From NCBI GenBank assembly GCA_032718475.1, contig JAUCBJ010006270.1, forward strand, positions 1-33,495: a stretch of 33,495 nucleotides of DNA, read 5' to 3'. The notes under the pieces were generated by a model. It did not search any database. It was not told the DNA's origin and saw only the letters and a program-made list of their open reading frames with translations. The position numbers and the translations under genes were made by a program. Positions within the stretch are counted from its first letter, which is position 1, and each line of letters begins with the position of its first letter. Positions 23,816 to 33,495 of the stretch are shown one piece after another. This stretch comes from Nemertoderma westbladi. Lineage: Eukaryota > Animalia > Xenacoelomorpha.

Positions 23816-25245
23816 ATGTGGCCTTCGAGAAGCTAAGATAATAGCAGTTAATTAGTTAATCTGTCGCTTTTTTGCGTTAATAACTCGATCAATCCTCGAT
23901 GAAATGTAACCAAACTTGGTACACAAATAGTTTGTCAAAAGTTTAGAAATTTTCCAAATTGAATTTGCTTGGGGCCTTCGTGCAGCACCAGTGTAACTGT
24001 CTTAAAGTTATAATAAATTATTTTTCCAAAATTATAATGCTTGACATCAGCAGGTTGCTAGGAGACTAAATCAGCTGGGTTTCCGGCAAATTACGAAATT
24101 ATAGTAATGCCATTGTGGCCTGTCTGCCTGTACCGGTACTATACTCAATGTCAATTCCTGAATCAGGAATCCTGTTATCAGACAATACTGCAATAGGCCT
24201 ACCATACTGTATTCGGTGTTTTACGGTACTGGCTGACTGGTACCGCCAGACCGCGGTACCGGTGCAGTGATATAGATCACGTATACTTGTACTACAAGAC
24301 AGGCCTAATTCTGTACAGCTGTAGGCCCTAATTAGCCATGCAGTGCGGACTCCGGACTGTTGGACTGCGATCCTGAATTAGATTAGAGGGTCCGTTGGTG
24401 CCGTCCGCCGTACCACCCTACTACCTGACTACTGTCAGACTGTAGAAGTATAACCGGACTGGTAGCAACTGCTGAACTGCCAACTACAGAACTACAGATA
24501 GACAGAACTACCGGTACGGTACTGAACTACGACAGCACTATACCGCATTTCTACGCTCCTGTCAGCGACAAAAGAAAATTCTGCTCTTGTTAACGGTTAA
24601 ATATGTTAATTAAAGACTATGTAGGCCTATTGGTATGACCGACGGCACCGGCATCTGGTATACTCAGATGTAGATGTACATACAGACATATCAATCTGCC
24701 AATACAACAATAGCAATAGGCTTACCCCTACTGCCCTACCAACCATCCATCGACTCAGCAACTGCAACAATGGAAGTTATGCGGACTAACCAGCTGACCG
24801 GCATTCTAAGTCCAGGTACCCGCTACCAGAATCTACCCAGCTGCCCATAAAAGTGTTGGAATTTGTTAGCTTATCCAATTCCGCTAACACAAACCCATAG
24901 AGTGAGCCATAAAGCAATATTGGGAGCACGAGGTTGATTACCAATCAACCTCGTGTCAGCCCAGTAAACGGGGACAATAGGCCCCAAAGGAGACACACAC
25001 AATAGGGGTCAGGGGCCAAACCCCTAACCCAGAGAGAACAGGAGGAGTGAACGGGAACACTCCGAAGGGCGCCAACAAGGGTATCAACCAATCAGAGGGG
25101 GGAAAGGCATCGATTAGGTAGAGTAGCAATATGGCCAACTGTGCGGTACATATATTACCTGTTGGTGCTTCCCTATTCAGTTTAGTTTACTCAGTCAGAT
25201 CAGTAGGGTGGAACGGGGACTTCTGTCACCGTCCGCTACCGCCAT

Positions 25246-27052
25246 CCCAGTAAAAAATCCCCATGCGTAACGCATTCGTACCACATGCAGCATTCGTAAA
25301 AGGTGCGTGCAATGTTATTTAAGATTCGTGAAGCCTTCGTCAATGGTTCGTCAGTCCGAATAATTTAACGAATGCGTATAGTATTCGTATCGCATGTGAG
25401 ATTTCACTTGTAAATATATTCGTGGTTCATCATTCGTGGCACATGCGATACGAATGCTTCCACTCCTCATAAAAAATAATTCGTGGTTCATTCGTTCGTG
25501 GCACATGCGATACGAATGCTTAGCCACGCCACGCTTAAAATTATTCGTGGTCCATTCGTGACGCATGCGATACGCATGCAAAGCACTCTCAATTAGAGTA
25601 CCGTACAGACTGTAATACTGACCAATCACCATTCGGCAAATAATCGAACATAGTGTTATTAGTTAGTAGCTCTCCCCCTTTGTTACCAGTCAGCCAGTCC
25701 CATGTACTTTCACTATATATTTATTTAATGGGTTGCCCAGTAATTCTCAACTCCCATTTATTATTTTGGTTCCCCATTATTTTGGTATGTAAACCTGTTC
25801 CCTTTACCAACATGCTTGATATACTGTAATAATGTAAAGGTTATGTACTGTAGGCTAGGTGAGATAAATAATGACAACATAAAACTACAGTATTAACTTA
25901 ACGAACTACAGTATGTAGGCATACTTATAGTATGTAGGCACTAGGCACCCCCCCCCCCCCCCCACCCGTAGTTTTAGCCCCTGTACAGTAGTACTCATTT
26001 CCCAAAGTTATTACAGTAGTTTTATGTTGTCATTATTTATCTCACCTGGCCTACAGTACAGTACCAATACATATTATAAAGCATGTGGCATTTTTATTAA
26101 ATTGTACGTGTGTATGGTGATATTCTCACACAGTTTCTTAGGCCTCCAGGTCGAATTTGTTTAATTCGCTATAAAAAGCCATTAAAAAGTCTACTGATAT
26201 ACTGTAGCAGTTAATTACCGGTTACTGCTACAGTAGGCCCTACACTTATTAATTGTAAAAAAATCTTACAGACAAAATACATCAAAGGCATACATTTTAT
26301 GAGATGCATCAACATAATTTCAATGTTTTTTTTACTATATTCTAGAATATTAATTCGCTTTTTTTCTATAATAAGTAATAAAAAATATATATAATAATAA
26401 TAAAAATATATATAATAATAAAATAATATAATATAATAATAAAATAATATAATATAATAATAAAATAATATAATAATAAAATATCATATAAAATAATAAA
26501 CCATCAATAATAATTAATATAAGTATAATAATAATAACTATAACGATTTACGTCTGAAATTGCGTGCTCTTGAATTATATCTGAACATTTCTTTGGGGAA
26601 ATTGAAAATGGCTTTCATATTCGATTCGGAATATCAAGTATATTTAAAAAAATAAAATAAAATGGACACGTTTTATCAGTTGTAAACTGTTAAAACTATG
26701 TAAACTGTAGGCGAAATAATAAAAAAATAAAAATCCTGCGGTAAACATTCGTATAACACTCGTAAAACATTCGTAACGCATTCGTATAGCGTGGGAAACA
26801 TTCGTATATAACATGCGGGACGCATTCGTATCGTGTGCGGGAAACATTCGTATAAGATTAGGGACGCATTCGTAGAATGTGTGGGATTCGGATAAGGTTC
26901 GTATTACATTCGATATGCGAATAAAGGATGCGTATTTGGTTCGGTTTTCGCATTCGTATCGCATGGTTCATCTATGTAACATTTCAGAATGCGTTACGAA
27001 TGCGTGAAATATGCGCCATCCCATGCGTTACGAATGCGGATTATTTACTGGG
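25246..27052. mobile_element. CMC/EnSpm-type non-autonomous DNA transposon inserted in the 5' LTR
   Basis: TIR CCCAGTAAA(A/T)AATCC; 2-bp TSD AT, confirmed against the intact 3' LTR (GCCATCATAC); many CATTCGTA/TACGAATG subterminal repeats; AT-rich core. Confidence 0.88.
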
Positions 27053-27385
27053 ATCATACTTATATTACCTGTTGTGTCATACTATACTATATATATCAGA
27101 CTATTATACCTTATACATATAACCGAACACCAGAACTCTTTTACCTTTCACACACGGCGGGGACGCGTGGATAGAAAACCCAACGGATAAACCGGGATCC
27201 GTAGATCCCGTCACAGTGACAGAATCAGATCCACCCAGCTGCCCTGACAGTGACAGAATCAGATCCGCCCAGCTGCCCTGACAGTTGATAGAATCCTAGC
27301 AGCTGCCCTAACAGTCTGACAGTGATAGAACTAGATCCAACCAACTGGCCTGACAGACTGTGGCGGTCAGCCACCAAAGACGAAG

Positions 27386-27898
27386 ATGAGTCGAGAGAAA
27401 GGAACGACACCGCCGCGGACCCCGGACGACGATCTAACGATCCGCGAGGCCACGGCGAGACGATACGAACCCACGACCCCGGTCGATGCTACGCCGACCA
27501 CGTCGACGTACGTTGACGCCACGTCGATAACGAGCGACCCGGCGAACCAAGATGTGGGGGGTCGTCTACAAAGAGAAGTCGAGTCGGGAGGAGAAGAGGA
27601 AGACGAGTCGACGCGGAGCGAGGGTCGACGTACCGATGTCACCGGTCAGCCACAGGCCGAGGACGACGGACGGTCCACCGGAACGGCGACGGTGGGGCCG
27701 TCGGTACGACGTCGGACCCGGAGAGATGGAGGAGAGGTCGGCGACGAGGACGTCGGGGTTTCTGATCGACTTCGACGGGCCTACGCCGCGACCCGGGAGC
27801 AACTGAAGGAAGCTAGAGGAGGGGCTGAGATAGACCAGGTGAAGTTGAGGAGACGACTAGGTGAGTCGAACAGATACTTTGATTACCTAGTCAGCTAG
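27386..27898 (+). CDS. 170-aa ORF at the gag position of the LTR element; function unknown
   Basis: ATG-initiated, GC-rich ORF 170 bp downstream of the 5' LTR; low complexity, no recognisable gag motif. Confidence 0.35.
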   Translation: MSREKGTTPPRTPDDDLTIREATARRYEPTTPVDATPTTSTYVDATSITSDPANQDVGGRLQREVESGGEEEDESTRSEGRRTDVTGQPQAEDDGRSTGTATVGPSVRRRTRRDGGEVGDEDVGVSDRLRRAYAATREQLKEARGGAEIDQVKLRRRLGESNRYFDYLVS

Positions 27899-29321
27899 CA
27901 GTAGAGGGTTGTGGGCACCGTAAGCGCCACGTAGTTAGAGTTAGTAGGGAATGCGCTGAACTTAGTGGGGCACGGGCATGATGACGTGTTTGATGTAAGA
28001 GCAGGGTATGTTAATTAGGGTGGGTGCCGGGCACAAGAGGTGCCGGCACAAAAAGAGTTAGTAGAGTTAGAAGGTGCCGGGCACAAGAGGTGCCGGGCAC
28101 AAAAAGAGTTAGTAAGAGTTAGTAGTAGAGTTAGTTGAGTTAGTAGTAGAGTTAGTTGAGTTAGTAGAGAGTTAGTAGAGTTAGTAGAGAGTTAGTAGAG
28201 TTAGTAGAGAGTTAGTAGAGTTAGTAAGAGTTAGTAGTAGTTCACATAATTAACGTACCCACTCTGCCGGCATTCAGAGCGTCACGTGCAGGCGAGTGGA
28301 TGTAAAGGAAGTAAGTTAGAGATAGAGTAGAGTAGTAGAGAGGGCACATAGGGTGCCAGGTAGTAGAGTAGAGCAGAGAGGGCACATAGGGTGCCAGGTA
28401 GTAGAGCTAGAGAGGTAGTTGAGTAGTAGAAGGGCACATAGGGTGCCAGATAGTAGAGTGGTTGTGGGCACCGCAAGCGCCACGTAGTTAGAAGAGTGGG
28501 TAGAGTTAGGGAGTTCTAGTTAAAGGGCTAGAGAGTTGGTAGACTCAGAGGAGTCAAGTAGAGTTAGTAGAAGTAGAAAGTTAGTAGGAGTTAGTTAGAC
28601 TTAGTAGAGAGTTAGAGCCAGTAGAAAGTTAGAGGCTCTCAGTTAGAGCTAGAAGTAGTAAGAGTTAGTAGTTAGCAGAGTTAGTTAGATAGTTAGAGTT
28701 AGTAAGCAGTAGGTAGATAGTATGATAGCACAGGGGTAGCATTAGAGATTAAAGCCTTAGGGAGTGACAAGAGAGTGGAGAGGTGATAGTGCGGAGTGCG
28801 GAGAGAGTGGTGTAAGTACTATAGTCATACAACCTTTCTCAATTAGCTACTGGGACTGGGGGGCTAAGTGACTATGGCACTAGGGACAAGACGCCAGACG
28901 ATTTCACATTTCCTGAGTGCGACGGCACGGAGGGGGGGTGAGATTCGTAAGAAGGGATAAGGTAGTCAAGGAGGGATGGAGTAATAGTCCGGAGTGCGAA
29001 GGGAGCGTGGGCGCAATTCAAGTGTGGGGGAGGAGAAGTGAGAGGAAGAGTGTGGGACGAGGAGGTCCAGGAGTATGCGAGAGTTGGAGTAGAGTGGTGA
29101 GAGTGTTGGGGAAACAAAAATTGTGTGAGAGAAGCGCACGATCGGCCCGACACGAAACGCCAGAGGGTAGCAATATCATACCCATAGGGAGCGGCCCGGA
29201 AAGCCGGCTCCGAAAGAAAATAACCCACCCCACACCCGATACTAGATCGGGATCCAGCGGAATTGTAGCGCACTTTTTGGTGGATGCTATCTTCTCACCG
29301 GGAAGATAGCATGGGGGGGAG

Positions 29322-29864
29322 TGTTAGCTTATCCAATTCCGCTAACACAAACCCATAGAGTGAGCCATAAAGCAATATTGGGAGCACGAGGTTGATTACC
29401 AATCAACCTCGTGTCAGCCCAGTAAACGGGGACAATAGGCCCCAAAGGAGACACACACAATAGGGGTCAGGGGCCAAACCCCTAACCCAGAGAGAACAGG
29501 AGGAGTGAACGGGAACACTCCGAAGGGCGCCAACAAGGGTATCAACCAATCAGAGGGGGGAAAGGCATCGATTAGGTAGAGTAGCAATATGGCCAACTGT
29601 GCGGTACATATATTACCTGTTGGTGCTTCCCTATTCAGTTTAGTTTACTCAGTCAGATCAGTAGGGTGGAACGGGGACTTCTGTCACCGTCCGCTACCGC
29701 CATCATACTTATATTACCTGTTGTGTCATACTATACTATATATATCAGACTATTATACCTTATACATATAACCGAACACCAGAACTCTTTTACCTTTCAC
29801 ACACGGCGGGGACGCGTGGATAGAAAACCCAATGGATAAACCGGGATCCGTAGATCCCGTCACA
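29322..29864 (+). repeat. Intact 3' LTR
   Basis: TGTTAGC...CGTCACA; matches the spliced-together 5' LTR (2352 - 1807 - 2 = 543 bp). Confidence 0.95.
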
Positions 29865-30130
29865 GAATTGAAATCAAACAACTCACCACCAAGGCCGCCT
29901 CTGTCTGTGGACCTCGACTTTCGGTATCACTGCTGCTATGGGCAAACTGGACTAACCGTAACCGAGGATGAAATCCGGTTTTTTAATCTCACTCTGCCAT
30001 CAACCAGTGCCCGGCGGTGTTGAAATTGACACGCATTGTACAATCAGTAGGCCTATTGCTCCGAGTTTCCGGCTGGTCGGGTGCAACTACTGCATCTACA
30101 TTGCCACACTATAACTCGGGCTCATGAGGA

Positions 30131-30500
30131 ATGAGTGCTGCGTAGACTATATTGTTATAAACCAAAACCATACCTGGCTTCGCCTATTGAACGCATTATA
30201 AAGATAGTCAGTCTTTGTTTAGGAAAGATATTTAAATACAAAACAGGACGAGCACAACGAGACTTGGAGGCCTAATGAAGACGAGTATTGCGTTGAATAT
30301 ATTATTATATAAACCACCTGGCTTCACATATTGAACGCACCCCTTGTTATTTTTATTATAAAGATCGTCAGCCTGCGTTTAAGAAATATATTTAAATACA
30401 AAACAGGACGAACTCAATGAGGCTTATAATGAAGACGAGTACTGCGTTTATTATATTCCTATAATAACCACATGGCTTCGCATAGCCTATTGAACGTGCG
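30131..30500. repeat. ~150-bp degenerate tandem repeat, ~2.4 copies
   Basis: Recurring CCTGGCTTC.C.TATTGAACG, ATATTTAAATACAAAACAGGACGA and AATGAAGACGAGTA.TGCGTT. Confidence 0.75.
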
Positions 30501-30681
30501 ATTGGAAATAAGTTTGTGCTACCCTTCTGCCCCGTGGGTGGTAGATGTCGCGGTTATGTATTGGTTGGTATGATGGGGGGGGGGGGGGGGGTGGGTGGGA
30601 GGTGCAGATTAAAAGGGCTGAACACGTACTGCCACTGCCCCCTTTCTTTGATTGATTGGCGGTGTGGTTAAATTTCTCAAA

Positions 30682-31191
30682 TAGGCCTACTGATTTTGTG
30701 ATACGACGGCACCGGCAACTGGTATAATCAGATATAGATGTACCGGTACATACCAATCTGAAATTCAACAATAGCAATAGGCCTACCCCTACAGACCATC
30801 CATCGACTCTGGACTCGGCACTGCAACCATGGAAGTTATGTGGAAGCGGACTAACCAGCTGACTGGCATTCTTAGTTCAGGTACCCACTACCAGACTGCC
30901 AGTCTACCCAGCTGCCCAGAAAAGTGTTGGAATTGAAATCAAACAACTCACCACCAAGGCCGCCTCTGTCTGTTGACCTCGACTTTCGGTATCGCTGCTG
31001 CTACGGGCAAACTGGGACTAACCGTAACCGAGGATGAAATACGGTTTTTTAATCTCACTCTGCCATCACCCAGTGCCCGGCGGTGTTGAAATTGACACGC
31101 ATTGTACAAGCAGTAGGCCTATTGCTCCGAGTTTCCGGCTGGTCGGGTGCAACTGCTGCATCTACATTGCCACACTATAACTCGGGCTCAT
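30682..31191. repeat. ~500-bp local duplication; paralog of 24622-24863 + 29870-30125, lacking the LTR insertion
   Basis: Colinear similarity with small indels; contains the uninterrupted AAAAGTGTTGGAATTGAAATCAAAC site. Confidence 0.9.
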
Positions 31192-33495
31192 ATTTATGTT
31201 CGCACCAAATCTCCGAAGCAAGTGAAAGGTTGAAGGGAAGTCAGATCGGATGGATCATTACAATGTTATAGTGTTAGTGTACCAGCCAGTCAGTGGTGTT
31301 GCCTATGGCAGTGTCTTCCACTTGGAAATAAAGACTTTGGTACCTATTGATATAATAGGGATTGAACTTTCGTTTTCGATGCAATAAAAATTAATCCCTC
31401 TCCAGGGGAAAATTGATACAAATAATTGCTGATTACTAACTTGTTATATTGACTTCCGTTTATTGCTTTAGTTAGAATAACGTGTCTCTGTAACCTGCCC
31501 TATTTCTTAAATTGATAATTTAACATTGATTTAACATGATTTAACATTAACTATTGATGGAGTTCTTTTTTTATTACTTTATTTTTAACCTGAGAGGTTT
31601 CAGTGTGTCGACTTAAACTCAAACAATTAAAAGTGTTATGTCACTGCAACCCTAATACGATCAGATTAGGTTTTTTGTATTTGTATATTAGCTGTTTTAG
31701 GTCGTTAACAAATATATATTAAATTTTTCCATTGTTCTCGTCTGTTTAAGTTTATTCCACAATGTATTTGTCTGGTTATTTTTTAATTGAATTATTGCAA
31801 AGTAGTAAATTTAATGTTCTTAAAAATAATATTATTATTTTATATGTAACCTAGGAAATTAGCTACACTTTTTCGCTGCAGCTTTAAGAGTGTACATTGA
31901 TTTAATATTAATTCAATACCCATATTACTACATCGGGCCAGTAATGGTTGACCGATGCGCCTGTAAATAGCCTCTCGTCAACAAGTCAACCCCACCGACT
32001 AGCGGTACTGGCTGTTTTTGCTGACGGGGCTCTGTCGAACAACGCGTCCCTGATAGCAGTAAAGGGGGTCTCTTTATTGAGAGGCAGTATTATTATTGCC
32101 GCGGAACTGCCCCAACTCATCACCTCTCCCACTCTCGCTCTCCGACGAAAATGAACATAAAATCAACACACACCAACCCACTACTCTACCCCACACCGCG
32201 ACACCCACCCACTCCTACGATCTGAAAGATTGTACCCAATACAAAAAAACAGGATAAGTTGAATCATACAACTAGAGCGGTAAGCTTGCAAGACGAATGC
32301 ATGATTTACTGAGAATATCAGTCATAATCTTACTTAACGGAATACTGTATATATTGTTCAAAACTTTTACTAAATTAATTGCAATGCTCACCTATCATTT
32401 CGCCGAGTGTCAATACATACTCTTACATACTCGCATGTTAAAAATTAAGGTATAATTGGTACTGTACAAATCTGACAAATACTGGGATTGTAATTTAACT
32501 AGCATGATATAAACTAACAAACAAATTGGCAATTAATATGGCTGATATTTACTTCTTTTTCATGTATATTTTTCAGAAATATTTCAAATGCATTAATTTA
32601 CATATTTTCAGGCCCTTTCATCCCATTTCACCAAATTTTTTACTTTTTTTACTTTCAGGGATTTTAATTTCCATGCGGTATAGGGTTCCGCAACTTTTAG
32701 TGGCAACACTAGAGACATCTAACCCAGGGTAGGGTATTCCTTAAATACCCCCTGTAGGTGTTGGGCTGGGCACCTATGGGTAAGATACAGCATAGCGCAC
32801 TACCCAACTAACAAATTTCCAACTAAATCTTCCACTTTTTTTTCTCTAAAACGCTCAAACTACCGTCCCAACATCAGAAAAACAGAATAAAATTGGATTA
32901 GTTAGTAATAAATACTATTACTATTTAATACAGGTTCTATACCTATAATGATAACGGGCAATATCTCTCCTAAATACACAACAAAACAATCCATCTAAAC
33001 ACTATTCCCCTACCAATTAACAGATTACCAATACATCTCACTATACCACATCAAAAATCAATGTCACACCACCACTGCCTTTTCATTACATTTATAATGA
33101 TATCAACATCCCAAAGATACCCCATTTGCTATCATCTTATTGATAAAGCTCGATTTTATACCTCTGTTATAAGATAGAATTATGGAGATAAATTTATACC
33201 CCTGTTATATTGAATATTCACCAAGAACAAACCAACAACATCTATGGGAAATTTTTTAAAACGAATAAACATGTCAACTGTTGATTTATGACTCCAGCTA
33301 ATGGACTATAAACAAACACCAGTGACTCTCGAATTACAGACCTTCCAACCACCACGCAATGCTCCCATCCCTACACGATTAATAAAACACTCATAACCGA
33401 CCTTAGGATTAGCCTCCCCTCCATTCCCCACACGGCGGGCAGCATTATTAGTCCTTCAGAATATAAGTCATACAAAACTTATACAAAATAAACCA

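Larger units (their letters stand above)
24864..29864 (+). mobile_element. Young non-autonomous LTR retrotransposon (Gypsy-like), 543-bp LTRs, 5-bp TSD GAATT
   Basis: TG...CA LTRs at 24864-27215 (interrupted) and 29322-29864, differing at one position that I could find. PPT GGGGGGGAG directly before the 3' LTR; TSD at 24859-24863 and 29865-29869; no pol. Confidence 0.93.

Noticed and set aside
24956-25138. Identical 60-aa ORFs at 24956 and 29414
   Set aside because: Antisense ORFs inside the two LTR copies; identity reflects LTR duplication.
31985-32224. GC-richer segment with a minus-strand acceptor (TTTCAG, 32222) and short frame MSWGSSAAIIILPLNKETPF...
   Set aside because: All three frames hit stops soon after the acceptor and no homology was recognised; insufficient support for an exon.

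Overview
Eukaryotic (animal-like, probably invertebrate) genomic DNA. The left half holds the 5' part of a minus-strand RBM17/SPF45 splicing-factor gene, with three coding exons at 15037-14294, 9469-9335 and 1687-~1589; the rest of the UHM domain must lie left of the window. Its introns are largely tandem arrays. Two arrays begin exactly at a 5' splice site and are in register with the exon/intron junction: a 31-bp unit in intron 1 (a clear copy of the junction) and a 42-44-bp unit filling ~98% of intron 2 (a diverged likely copy). The pre-mRNA therefore carries many extra GTGAGT donor-like sites. A third array (24 bp) looks acceptor-like. The right half is a nest of transposable elements: TIR MITEs with TSDs, a tRNA-derived SINE, an internally deleted RTE LINE, and a very young non-autonomous LTR element with a Tf1/sushi-like self-priming signature and a CMC/EnSpm-type insertion in its 5' LTR. 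Most long ORFs in the track are satellite artefacts.
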